Assembly (NCBI RefSeq): GCF_000012905.2
Contig: NC_007494.2
Coordinates: 840,001 to 872,000, forward strand
Direction of reading: 5' to 3'
Length of the DNA: 32,000 bases
Origin: Cereibacter sphaeroides 2.4.1
Lineage (GTDB): Bacteria; Pseudomonadota; Alphaproteobacteria; Rhodobacterales; Rhodobacteraceae
This document shows, one piece after another, positions 14,829 through 23,420 of this stretch. Within the stretch, counting starts at the first letter, position 1, and the number at the start of each line of letters is the position of its first letter. The position numbers and the translations under genes were made by a program. Below the pieces are notes generated by a model. The model searched no databases and was not told the DNA's origin. It worked only from the letters and a program-made list of their open reading frames with translations.

Positions 14829-15303
14829 GGCGGATACCTCTGTTGGCTGTGGCCAATCACATGGCATTAGACCGATCCGCAAGCAACGCGCGCCGGCGCG
14901 CGAGACTTGTGCAAGGGCGAACAGATCTCCTCCGCGTCAGCCGGGGCGGCATCGAGGTCGCCCCCCGAAGGTCGCGCCAGAAGAAAACCTGTTCGAAAGC
15001 GCCGGAGACGGGCCGGCAGCGGCAGGATGGGGCGCCGCGCCGGCGGGATCAGCTGGCCACGTCGCCCGGCCCCGCGCACCGGGGCCTTTCGGCAAGACCG
15101 GCGCGGCGCCGTGGCAGGGCCCGAAGGGCACCTTCGCCATGCTTATGCTGCGCCCCGATCCATCCGCTCGGATGAGCATGGGCAGTGGCACCGTCCAACG
15201 GATGAGCGCACCCGACTCCTGTCCATATTTCCACCGCTGCAGGCGGATGCGACAAGGAGGGGCGCTCGCCTTCCGCCCAGTACCTTCAGCCGGTGACAGT
15301 CCC

Positions 15304-15696
15304 ATGCAAAGCGATCCGACAGCCAATTCCGCGGCTCCCGCCGCCGCCTCCGCCCCCCGACCCTTCGCAGGATGGGCGCTCCGGACGGCGCTGCTCCTCG
15401 AGGGCCAGACCGGCGTGAAACTGGTGGAGCCGCTCCTCGGGGCGGGCAACCAGCGGCGCGCGGCGGCCTTCATGGCGCTCGCGGCATGGCATGCGCCCTC
15501 CGAGCGCCATGCGGAGATCTTCAGCGACCTGAAGCCGGCGGAATTCGCGGGCTGGCTGCTCGAGGAGGATCCGGCCGAGATGGCGGAGCTTCTCAGCGAG
15601 AGATGCCACGATCCCCAGACGCTCGCGCGGTTGGGCGAACAGCCGCTGAGCGATCCCGCCGACTACTGGATCCCGCCGGGGGCGCTGCTCCACTGA
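15304..15696 (+). CDS. Hypothetical protein (130 aa), no recognisable domain
   Basis: In-frame ATG at 15304 within track ORF 14689-15696. Third-codon G/C is high across 15304-15696 but drops upstream of it. No clear SD, and I recognise no motif. Confidence 0.5.
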   Translation: MQSDPTANSAAPAAASAPRPFAGWALRTALLLEGQTGVKLVEPLLGAGNQRRAAAFMALAAWHAPSERHAEIFSDLKPAEFAGWLLEEDPAEMAELLSERCHDPQTLARLGEQPLSDPADYWIPPGALLH

Positions 15697-15888
15697 CGGA
15701 AGGCCCCGCGCCGGACGACCGAGCCCCGGGGTCCCCACCGCCCGCGCTCGGTTCCCCGGAGGCAGATCTCGGGCGATGCCCGACGAGGTTGCACCTGCCG
15801 TCAAGCTGCGCAAGGATCGGCCTTCTCCGAGGACCGCGCGCCTCGACGGCAGCGCCCCTCCTCGACCCCCGACAGCGCAGGAGCTAGC

Positions 15889-16770
15889 ATGAGCGACCAG
15901 ACGGATTACACGCCCCCGGAGGTCTGGACCTGGGAACAGGGCAACGGCGGGCGCTTCGCCAACATCAACCGGCCCACGGCCGGGGCCACGCATGAGCGCG
16001 AGCTGCCGGTGGGCCGCCATCCGTTCCAGCTCTATTCGCAGGGCACGCCGAACGGGCAGAAGGTGACGATCCTGTTCGAGGAGCTGCTCGAGGCCGGGCA
16101 TGAGGGCGCCGACTACGACGCCTGGCTGATCGAGATCGGCAAGGGCGACCAGTTCGGCTCGGGCTTCGTCGCCGTCAATCCGAACTCGAAGATCCCGGCC
16201 CTCGTCGACCGCTCGGGCGCGGAGCCCGTGCATATCTTCGAATCCGGCGCCATCCTCGTGCATCTGGCCGAGAAGTTCGGCGCCTTCCTGCCCTCGGGCG
16301 GCGCCGCGCGGGCCGAGACCCTGTCCTGGCTCTTCTGGCAGATGGGCTCGGCGCCCTTCCTCGGCGGCGGCTTCGGCCATTTCTATGCCTATGCGCCGGT
16401 GAAGATCAAATATGCCATCGACCGCTATGCGATGGAGGCCAAGCGCCAGCTCGATGTGCTCGACCGGCGGCTGGCCGAGAACGAGTTCCTCGCAGGCTCG
16501 GACTACACGATCGCCGACATGGCGGTCTGGCCCTGGTATGGCGGGCTGGTGACGGGCGCGCTCTATGGCGATGCCGCGCGGTTCCTCTCCGCCCATGAAT
16601 ATGCCCATGTGAACCGCTGGGCCAACCAGCTGCTCGCCCGGCCGGGGGTCAAGCGCGGGCGCATGGTGAACCGGACCTCGGGGCCTCTGTCCGAGCAGCT
16701 GCACGAGCGTCACGAAGCGGGCGACTTCGAGACCCGGACGCAGGACAAGCTGGAAGGCAGCGCAGGCTGA
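15889..16770 (+). CDS. yghU: Nu-class glutathione S-transferase-like disulfide-bond oxidoreductase
   Basis: 293 aa with AGGAG 7 nt upstream. It is collinear with my recollection of E. coli YghU: EVWTWEQGNGGRFANINRPTAG...GTPNGQKVTILFEELL...FGSGFVAVNPNSKIPAL...GGGFGHFYAYAPVKIKYAIDRY...NRTSGPLSEQLHERH. Confidence 0.9.
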   Translation: MSDQTDYTPPEVWTWEQGNGGRFANINRPTAGATHERELPVGRHPFQLYSQGTPNGQKVTILFEELLEAGHEGADYDAWLIEIGKGDQFGSGFVAVNPNSKIPALVDRSGAEPVHIFESGAILVHLAEKFGAFLPSGGAARAETLSWLFWQMGSAPFLGGGFGHFYAYAPVKIKYAIDRYAMEAKRQLDVLDRRLAENEFLAGSDYTIADMAVWPWYGGLVTGALYGDAARFLSAHEYAHVNRWANQLLARPGVKRGRMVNRTSGPLSEQLHERHEAGDFETRTQDKLEGSAG

Positions 16771-16776
16771 CTGCGC

Positions 16777-16811
16777 CGCCCCTCCGCGGGTCGACCGACC
16801 GCGGAGGGGCG
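16777..16811. terminator. Bidirectional terminator hairpin between convergent yghU and the DeoR-family gene
   Basis: A perfect 13-bp stem (CGCCCCTCCGCGG / CCGCGGAGGGGCG) with a 9-nt loop. It fills essentially the whole 42-nt intergenic gap. Confidence 0.6.
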
Positions 16812-16812
16812 A

Positions 16813-17532
16813 TCAGGCCGCCCGGTCCGGCGCGCCGATCCAGCCCTCGAATTCCTCGAGCCGCGCATAGGTCGCGGGGCGCAGCCGGCCCCATTTCGAG
16901 CCGTCGCAGACCAGATAGGGCTGGCGGGACCGCGCCAGCGCCGCGCGCTTGACCGGCACCTCGTGGAAGTGGAAGCAGGTCACGCCCTCGGTCTCATGCA
17001 CGCCCGCGGCCGAGAAGAAGCCCTTGGTGATGTTGATCCGCCCGAGCATCGCCACCGCCTCCTCGGAGGAGAAGCTCGCCGTCTCGGGGTGGTAGATCCC
17101 CGCCAGCAGGATCAGGTTGACACCTGTCAACCGCGCCACCGTTTCGGCGATGTTGAGCGCCTGCGTCACCACCGTCACCCGCGCATTCTGCGGCACCCGC
17201 GCGGCGAGATAGGGCGTGGTCGTGCCGCAATCGAGAAAGACCGTGTCGCCCGGCTCGATCAGCGCCGCCGCCCGCACCGCGAGCGCCTCCTTGGCGCCCG
17301 CCTCGGAGGCTTCGGCCGCGGTGAGCGAATAGCCCTCGGCCCCTTCGGAGGCGCGCATAACATAGCCGCCGAGGCAGACGAGCCCCCCTGCGCCCACGCT
17401 CAGATCGCGCCGGATGGTGATCTCGGAGGCGCCGATCTGGCGCGCCGCCTCGCCGATATGGACGATCGAGCCCGCCCGGCACAGTTCGCCCAGCGCCGCG
17501 ATCCGCTCTGCCCTGCCTGATGGTCTTGCCAC
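16813..17532 (-). CDS. DeoR/GlpR-family transcriptional regulator (DeoQ-like by context)
   Basis: HTH region IAALGELCRAGSIVHIGEAARQIGASEITIRRDLS followed by a DeoR C-terminal sugar-phosphate sensor-like domain. The track ORF extends to 17577. I prefer the GTG at 17532 (GGAG 6 nt upstream). The start is uncertain. Confidence 0.8.
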   Translation of the reverse strand: MARPSGRAERIAALGELCRAGSIVHIGEAARQIGASEITIRRDLSVGAGGLVCLGGYVMRASEGAEGYSLTAAEASEAGAKEALAVRAAALIEPGDTVFLDCGTTTPYLAARVPQNARVTVVTQALNIAETVARLTGVNLILLAGIYHPETASFSSEEAVAMLGRINITKGFFSAAGVHETEGVTCFHFHEVPVKRAALARSRQPYLVCDGSKWGRLRPATYARLEEFEGWIGAPDRAA

Positions 17533-17612
17533 TCGCACCTCCGGTAGGCCGCCGCCATGGCACATCAAACTAGACATTGACAGGCCAGCCCAGGTTTTGA
17601 ATGAATAAGATC

Positions 17613-17636
17613 ATATTGACGAGATTCGATCAATAT
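17613..17636. promoter_or_regulatory. Candidate operator in the divergent regulator/transporter intergenic region
   Basis: ATATTGA-N10-TCAATAT inverted repeat in the only AT-rich stretch of the 17533-17695 gap. ATTGAC also occurs at 17576-17581, and a TTGACA hexamer at 17577-17582. Confidence 0.3.
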
Positions 17637-17695
17637 AGGCAACTGCAGGGGGCGCGAGGAGGATCGGCGCCGTCTGTTCCGAGGGAGGAAATCGG

Positions 17696-18742
17696 ATGAA
17701 GATCATGCTGACGTCAGCGGCGCTGGCGCTGTCGGTTCTGGCGGCCCCCGCCGTGGCTCAGGACATCGTCGACGTGTCCAAGGTCAACAAGGACCTGATC
17801 GCGACGAAGGACGGCAAGGAATATTCCATCGCCACCGTCGTGAAGGTGGACGGCATCGCCTGGTTCGACCGGATGCGCGACGGGATCACCCAGTTCCAGA
17901 AGGACACCGGCCACGACGTCTGGATGGTGGGCCCGAGCCAGGCCGACGCGGCGGCGCAGGTGCAGCTGATCGAGAACCTGATCGCGCAGGGCGTGGATGC
18001 GATCTGCGTGGTGCCCTTCTCGGTCGAGGCGGTGGAGCCCGTGCTGAAGAAGGCGCGCGACCGGGGCATCGTGGTCATCACCCACGAGGCGTCGAACATC
18101 CAGAACACCGACTTCGACCTCGAGGCCTTCGACAACCTCGCCTATGGCGCGAACCTGATGAAGGAACTCGCCAAATCCATGGGCGAGAAGGGCAAATACG
18201 TCGCCACCGTCGGCTCGCTCACCTCGAAGAGCCAGATGGAATGGATCGACGGCGCGGTGGCCTACCAGAAGGAGCATTACCCCGAGATGAGCCTCGTGGG
18301 CGACCGTCTGGAGACCGCCGACGACGCGGCCATCGACTATACCAAGCTCAAGGAAGCGATGACCACCTATCCCGACATCACGGGGATCCTCGGCGCGCCG
18401 ATGCCGACCTCGGCCGGGGCCGGTCGCCTGATCGCCGAGAGCGGGCTGAAGGACAAGGTCTTCTTCGCGGGCACGGGCCTGCCGTCGGTCGCGGGCGAAT
18501 ATCTGCAGAACGGCGACATCCAGTATATCCAGTTCTGGGATCCGGCGGTCGCGGGCTATGCGATGAACATGCTGGCCGTGGCGGCCCTCGAGGGCAAGAA
18601 GGACGAGATCAAGCCGGGCCTGAACCTCGGCCTCGCGGGCTACGAGGAGCTGACCGCGCCGGACGCGGCCAACCCGCATCTGCTCTATGGCGCAGGCTGG
18701 GTCGGCGTGACCAAGGACAACATGGCCGACTACGACTTCTGA
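17696..18742 (+). CDS. Periplasmic sugar-binding protein of an ABC importer (LsrB/RbsB-like, PBP type 1)
   Basis: 348 aa with a GGGAGG SD and a signal peptide MKIMLTSAALALSVLAAPAVAQD. The sequence pattern resembles LsrB-type binders from memory, including the C-terminal ...YDF. Confidence 0.9.
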   Translation: MKIMLTSAALALSVLAAPAVAQDIVDVSKVNKDLIATKDGKEYSIATVVKVDGIAWFDRMRDGITQFQKDTGHDVWMVGPSQADAAAQVQLIENLIAQGVDAICVVPFSVEAVEPVLKKARDRGIVVITHEASNIQNTDFDLEAFDNLAYGANLMKELAKSMGEKGKYVATVGSLTSKSQMEWIDGAVAYQKEHYPEMSLVGDRLETADDAAIDYTKLKEAMTTYPDITGILGAPMPTSAGAGRLIAESGLKDKVFFAGTGLPSVAGEYLQNGDIQYIQFWDPAVAGYAMNMLAVAALEGKKDEIKPGLNLGLAGYEELTAPDAANPHLLYGAGWVGVTKDNMADYDF

Positions 18743-18769
18743 TCGGGTTCGCCTGACCGGATCCGTCGC

Positions 18770-18793
18770 GAAGGGGCCCGCCGGGGCCCCTTC
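18770..18793 (+). terminator. Intra-operon hairpin after the binding-protein gene (partial terminator/attenuator candidate)
   Basis: GAAGGGGCCC-gccg-GGGCCCCTTC: a 10-bp stem followed by the pyrimidine-rich CTCCTCTCTCCTTTCC. Confidence 0.4.
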
Positions 18794-18823
18794 CTCCTCT
18801 CTCCTTTCCAGCACGGGCAGGCC

Positions 18824-20317
18824 ATGTCGGACACCCTCATCGAGCTGAGAAACATCGGCAAGCGCTTCGGCGGCGTGCGTGCGCTCGACGGCGTGTCGCT
18901 GGCGATCCGCCCCGGCGAGATCCATTGCCTGGCCGGCGAGAACGGCTCGGGAAAATCCACCGTCATCAAGGTGATGTCCGGGATCTACACGCCCGAGGAG
19001 GGCGAGATCCTGATCGACGGCCGCCCCGTGGGCCGGCTCGACCCGATCCGCGCCGTCCAGCACGGGGTGCAGGTGATCTATCAGGATTTCTCGCTGTTCG
19101 GGAATCTCACCGTGGCGGAGAACCTCGCGCTCAACACCTATGTGCTCGAGGGGCGCCGCCGGATGGACTGGCGCCGCGCCCGGACGATGGCGGTCGAGGT
19201 GCTGGCCCGGCTCGGCGTCGACATCGACCCTGACGCCGAAGTGGGGACGCTGCCCACCTCGGGCCGGCAGGTGGTGGCCATCGCGCGTGCGATCCTTGCC
19301 AAGGCCCGGCTCATCATCATGGACGAGCCCACCACCGCCCTCACCCGCCACGAGGTCGATGCGCTGTTCGCCATCGTGCGCGATCTGCAGGCGCAGGGCA
19401 TCGCCGTCCTGTTCGTCAGCCACAAGATGCGCGAGATGCTGGAGATTTCCGAGCGGCTCACCGTCTTCCGCAACGGCCGCAAGGTGGCCGAGGGGCCGAT
19501 GTCCGACTTCGACGAGGCGGCGATCACCCATGCGATGACGGGCCTCTCGCTCACCGACGACCCCTACCGCCCCACGCTGCCGCCGGGCCCGCCGCTGCTC
19601 GAGGTCCGGAAGCTCTCGGTGCCGGGCAGCGTGCAGGACATCGACCTGTCGCTCCGCCCCGGCGAGATCGTGGGCATCTCGGGCCTGATCGGCTCGGGGC
19701 GCACCGAGCTTGCCCGCGCGCTGTTCGGCATGGAGCCCGCGATGACCGGCACCCTCCGGCTCGAGGGCCGCGAGATCCATCCCCGCTCGGTGCAGGAGGC
19801 CATTGCCTTGGGCATCGCCTATGTGCCCGAGGACCGGCTGACCGAGGGGCTGTTCCTGCCGCAGTCGATCGAGCGCAACCTCGTGGTCTCGATCCTCGAG
19901 CGGCTGCGCCGCGGGCCCTTCCTCGACACGCGCGCCGTGCGCGAGAAGACGCTCGGGATGTTCCGCGACATGCAAATCGCGGCCCCCTCGCCCGAGACGG
20001 CGGTGGGCAACCTGTCGGGCGGCAATGCGCAGCGGGTGATGCTCGGCCGCTGGCTCCTGACCGGCGCGCGCGTCCTGATCCTGAACGGGCCCACGGTGGG
20101 CGTGGACGTGGGCTCGAAGGCCACGATCCACCGCATCATCCGCGACCTCGCGCAGCGCGAGGGGCTGGGCGTGCTGATGATCTCGGACGACGTGCCCGAG
20201 CTCGTCACCAACTGCAACCGCATCCACGTCATGCACCGTGGACGCTTCGTCGCCGATCTGGACGGGTCCGGGATGACCGAGGACCGGATCAACGATGCCC
20301 TCAAGACCTTGAACTGA
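18824..20317 (+). CDS. Sugar ABC transporter ATP-binding protein (duplicated ABC cassette, RbsA/LsrA-like)
   Basis: 497 aa. Walker A is GENGSGKST, with LSGGNAQRV-type signature motifs and Walker B IIMDEPT in the first half. The degenerate second cassette is typical of CUT2 ATPases. Confidence 0.9.
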   Translation: MSDTLIELRNIGKRFGGVRALDGVSLAIRPGEIHCLAGENGSGKSTVIKVMSGIYTPEEGEILIDGRPVGRLDPIRAVQHGVQVIYQDFSLFGNLTVAENLALNTYVLEGRRRMDWRRARTMAVEVLARLGVDIDPDAEVGTLPTSGRQVVAIARAILAKARLIIMDEPTTALTRHEVDALFAIVRDLQAQGIAVLFVSHKMREMLEISERLTVFRNGRKVAEGPMSDFDEAAITHAMTGLSLTDDPYRPTLPPGPPLLEVRKLSVPGSVQDIDLSLRPGEIVGISGLIGSGRTELARALFGMEPAMTGTLRLEGREIHPRSVQEAIALGIAYVPEDRLTEGLFLPQSIERNLVVSILERLRRGPFLDTRAVREKTLGMFRDMQIAAPSPETAVGNLSGGNAQRVMLGRWLLTGARVLILNGPTVGVDVGSKATIHRIIRDLAQREGLGVLMISDDVPELVTNCNRIHVMHRGRFVADLDGSGMTEDRINDALKTLN

Positions 20318-20325
20318 GCGGTCCG

Positions 20326-21303
20326 ATGAAGATCCTGCATTCCACCGAATTCGTGATCGCCCTCGTGCTTCTGGCCGCGATGGTGCTGATCGGTCTCGTG
20401 AACCCGGCCTTCTGGGGGCTGGACAACCTCTTCAGCCTGGCGAAATCGAACGTCGTCATCGGCATCATGGCCCTGGGCGTGCTGCTCGTGATGATCTCGG
20501 GCGGCATCGACGTGTCGTTTCCGGCCATCGCGGTGGCGGCGCTCTATATCGTCGTGCGCGCCATGGTCGAGCTGAACTACGACGGGGTGTTCATTCCCTT
20601 CCTCGCCGCGGCCGCGATCGGACTCGTGCTCGGAGGCTTCAACGCCTTCATCATCGAGCGCTTCCGGATGATCCCGCTGATCGTGACGCTCGGCACCGCC
20701 TCGATCGTGCGCGGACTCGTGCTGGGGCTTCTGGGCAGCTCCATCGTCAATATCAACAAGATGCCGAAGGAGCTGATCGAGTTCGGCCGCCACGACCTGA
20801 TGACGGTCGAGGCCGCGAACGGGGCGACCTACGGGCTGACCTCGATGGTGCTGGTCTATCTCGGCATCGCGCTCGTCATGCATCTGGTGCTGCGGCACAC
20901 GATGATCGGCCGCTCGGTCTATGCCTACGGCACGGATGCGGAATCGGCGCGCCGGGCGGGCTTCAACACCCGCCGGACGATCTGGTTCGTCTATTGCCTC
21001 GCGGGGCTGCTCGCGGGCTTTGCCGGGATGCTCCACACCTCGATGATCTGGCAGGCCAACCCGCGCGATTTCCAGGGGCTCGAGCTCGACGTGATCGCGG
21101 CCGTGGTGCTGGGCGGCGCCTCGATCTTCGGCGGCCGCGGCTCGGTCGCGGGCACGCTGATCGGGGTGTTCATGCTGGTGATGGTCAAGAACTCGCTGAT
21201 CCTGCTGAAGGTGGACACGACCTGGCAGCGGGTGGTCGTGGGCCTCATCATCGTCGCCGCGACCGCCATCACCGCCTGGCGCGACCGCAAGAAGCTGGCC
21301 TGA
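20326..21303 (+). CDS. Sugar ABC transporter permease (RbsC/LsrC-like)
   Basis: 325 aa, polytopic, with the typical CUT2 permease pattern GGIDLS-like GGIDVSF and VLGGASIFGGRGSV. Confidence 0.9.
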   Translation: MKILHSTEFVIALVLLAAMVLIGLVNPAFWGLDNLFSLAKSNVVIGIMALGVLLVMISGGIDVSFPAIAVAALYIVVRAMVELNYDGVFIPFLAAAAIGLVLGGFNAFIIERFRMIPLIVTLGTASIVRGLVLGLLGSSIVNINKMPKELIEFGRHDLMTVEAANGATYGLTSMVLVYLGIALVMHLVLRHTMIGRSVYAYGTDAESARRAGFNTRRTIWFVYCLAGLLAGFAGMLHTSMIWQANPRDFQGLELDVIAAVVLGGASIFGGRGSVAGTLIGVFMLVMVKNSLILLKVDTTWQRVVVGLIIVAATAITAWRDRKKLA

Positions 21304-21315
21304 GGGGGGAACGCC

Positions 21316-22326
21316 ATGGCCTCGAACACCGAAACCCGCCCCCTGCTGAGCCGCCTTCTCGGGCGCGATGCGGCGGTGGCGCAGCTCATCGTCATCACGC
21401 TGCTGATCTTCGTCGCGATGACCGCGCTGAACCCCGACAAGTTCCTGCGCTACTACAATTTCGAGTCGCTCACCTATATCGCGCCCGAGCTGGGCATCCT
21501 CTCGGTCGCCATGATGATCGCGATGCTGACCGGGGGGATCGACCTCTCGATCGTGGGGGTGGCGAACCTCGCGGCCATCGTGGCGGGGGTCTATTTCCGC
21601 ATCCCGGCCGTGAGCGAAGCCACAGCCGCGGGCGGCGCGGGGCTCGTCCTCCATACGGCGGCGGCGGTCCTGATCGCGCTCGTGGTGGGGCTGGCCGCGG
21701 GCGGGCTGAACGGCGTGCTGATCGCACGGCTCCGCATCATCCCGATCCTTGCCACGCTCGGCACCGGGCAGATCTTCGCGGGCCTCGCGCTCGTGCTGAC
21801 CGGCGGCCCCGCCATCACGGGCTTTCCCGAGACCTGGGCCTGGATCGGGGCGGGCAAGATCCTCGGGCTCGCCACGCCGCTCTGGGTGCTGATCGTGGTC
21901 GCGGGGCTGGTGGCGCTGCTGCTCGCCCGCACCACGCTCGGCGTGAACCTGATGCTCATGGGCACCAACCCGCGCGCCGCGATCTTCGCGGGCATCCGCT
22001 CGGGCCGGATGATCCTCTACAGCTACATGCTGACGGGGATGCTCGCGGCCGTGGCGGGCGTGCTGCTCTCGGGGCGGACCAACTCGGCCAAGGCGGATTT
22101 CGGCGCCTCCTACCTGCTGCAGGCGGTGCTGATCGCGGTGCTGGGCGGCACCAATCCCGCCGGCGGCAAGGGCCGGGTGCTGGGCGTGCTGCTCGCGCTC
22201 GTGGCGCTGATGCTGCTCTCGTCGGGTCTCCAGATCATGCGGGTATCGAACTTCCTGATCGATGCCGTCTGGGGCGCCTTCCTCGTCATCGTCATCGCCA
22301 TCAACTACCTGAGGTCGCGGAAATGA
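21316..22326 (+). CDS. Sugar ABC transporter permease (RbsC/LsrD-like)
   Basis: 336 aa, polytopic, with GGIDLSIVG and VLGGTNPAGGKGRV motifs. Confidence 0.9.
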   Translation: MASNTETRPLLSRLLGRDAAVAQLIVITLLIFVAMTALNPDKFLRYYNFESLTYIAPELGILSVAMMIAMLTGGIDLSIVGVANLAAIVAGVYFRIPAVSEATAAGGAGLVLHTAAAVLIALVVGLAAGGLNGVLIARLRIIPILATLGTGQIFAGLALVLTGGPAITGFPETWAWIGAGKILGLATPLWVLIVVAGLVALLLARTTLGVNLMLMGTNPRAAIFAGIRSGRMILYSYMLTGMLAAVAGVLLSGRTNSAKADFGASYLLQAVLIAVLGGTNPAGGKGRVLGVLLALVALMLLSSGLQIMRVSNFLIDAVWGAFLVIVIAINYLRSRK

Positions 22327-23417
22327 CCGAGATCCATATACCCCTGCCCCGCGACGCCTTCCCCGACCGGGGCGAGCGGCCCATCGCCAGCGGCGCGGGC
22401 TTCACCGCCACGGCCTTCCGCTATCCGTCGGGCGTCGAGGCGCTGCGGCTGACGAATGCGCGGGGCGCGGTGACGCTCCTGCCCTTCCTCGGGCAGATGA
22501 TCTGGGACGCCGAGTTCGACGGGCGCCGCCTGACCATGGGCAATGCCTTCGACGGCCCCCGCGCGGGCGGCTCGATCCTCGAGACCTACGGCGCCTTCGC
22601 CTATCATGCGGGCCTGCTGCGCAACGGCACCCCCGGTCCGCAGGACGATCATCCGCTGCATGGCGAGATGCCGGTGGCGGCCATGGACAGCGCCCATCTG
22701 ATCTTCGGCACCGATGGGCAGGGCCCCTTCGTCGAGCTCGGCGGGCACCGCGATCATGTGGTGGGCTTCGGGCCGAACTACCGCGCCACGCCGCGGGTGC
22801 GGCTCCATGCCGAGGATGCGCTGATCGCGGTCGAGATGGCGGTCGAGAACCGCTCGGCCCATCCGATGGAGCTCATGTACATGCTCCACGCCAATTTCGA
22901 CTTCGTGACCGGCGGGCGGATCGTGCAGGCCGCGCCCTTCACCCCCGAGCGCACCGAGGTGCGCCGCGCGGTGCCGGGCCACGTCACCCCCACGCCCGAG
23001 TTCCTCGCGCTGCTGGAGGATCTGGCCGTGAACCCTGCGCGGATGGAGCGGCTGACCGAGCCCGACCTCTATGCGCCCGAGCAGGTCTTCTACATCCGCG
23101 ACCCCGGCACCGACGCCCGGGGCCGCACCCGGATGCTGATGGAGCTGCCGGCGGGCGGCGCCTTCTCGGTCGCCTGGCGGCCCGAGGACCTGCCCTTCTG
23201 CGTCCGCTGGATCCTGAACGACGGCGATGCGCAGGTGGCGGCCTTCGCGCTGCCCTCGACCTGCGAGCCCGAGGGCTACACGGCCGAGAAGGCCAAGGGC
23301 CATGTCCGGCTGCTCGGGCCGGGCGAAAGCGCCCGCTTCCCGGTGACGCTGGGCTGGCTCGGGCCGACCGAGGTGGCCGCGGCGCGCGCCGACATCGACA
23401 CCATGCGAAAGGGCTGA
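22323..23417 (+). CDS. Aldose 1-epimerase/galactose-mutarotase-like protein (DUF4432-like)
   Basis: In-frame ATG at 22323 overlapping the permease stop (ATGA). 364 aa and predicted beta-rich, with the H-G-E motif DDHPLHGEMP. The family assignment is from memory and is not secure. Confidence 0.65.
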   Translation: MTEIHIPLPRDAFPDRGERPIASGAGFTATAFRYPSGVEALRLTNARGAVTLLPFLGQMIWDAEFDGRRLTMGNAFDGPRAGGSILETYGAFAYHAGLLRNGTPGPQDDHPLHGEMPVAAMDSAHLIFGTDGQGPFVELGGHRDHVVGFGPNYRATPRVRLHAEDALIAVEMAVENRSAHPMELMYMLHANFDFVTGGRIVQAAPFTPERTEVRRAVPGHVTPTPEFLALLEDLAVNPARMERLTEPDLYAPEQVFYIRDPGTDARGRTRMLMELPAGGAFSVAWRPEDLPFCVRWILNDGDAQVAAFALPSTCEPEGYTAEKAKGHVRLLGPGESARFPVTLGWLGPTEVAAARADIDTMRKG

Positions 23418-23420
23418 GCC

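Noticed and set aside
11890-14856. The 988-aa version of the first GTPase ORF, and likewise the N-terminal extensions of 1363-3726, 7493-8740 and 14238-14882.
   Set aside because: The upstream portions run across the azoR gene or the GMC gene in another frame, or across non-coding DNA. They encode Arg/Pro-rich junk and precede internal starts with plausible SD sequences and family-typical N-termini. I trimmed them.
14887-14902. 16-nt perfect palindrome CGCGCGCCGGCGCGCG upstream of azoR.
   Set aside because: It is composed solely of G and C in a GC-rich genome, where such palindromes arise readily. It has no flanking half-site structure or second copy that I could find, so the evidence for an operator is insufficient.
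17696-22326. Canonical lsr (autoinducer-2 uptake) operon, suggested by the LsrB-like binding protein.
   Set aside because: The neighbouring genes are a DeoR-family regulator, a PfkB-family kinase, deoC and an ALDH. The expected neighbours would be SorC-type LsrR, FGGY-kinase LsrK, LsrF and LsrG. The context fits deoxypentose catabolism better. I kept it only as a caveat in the finding.
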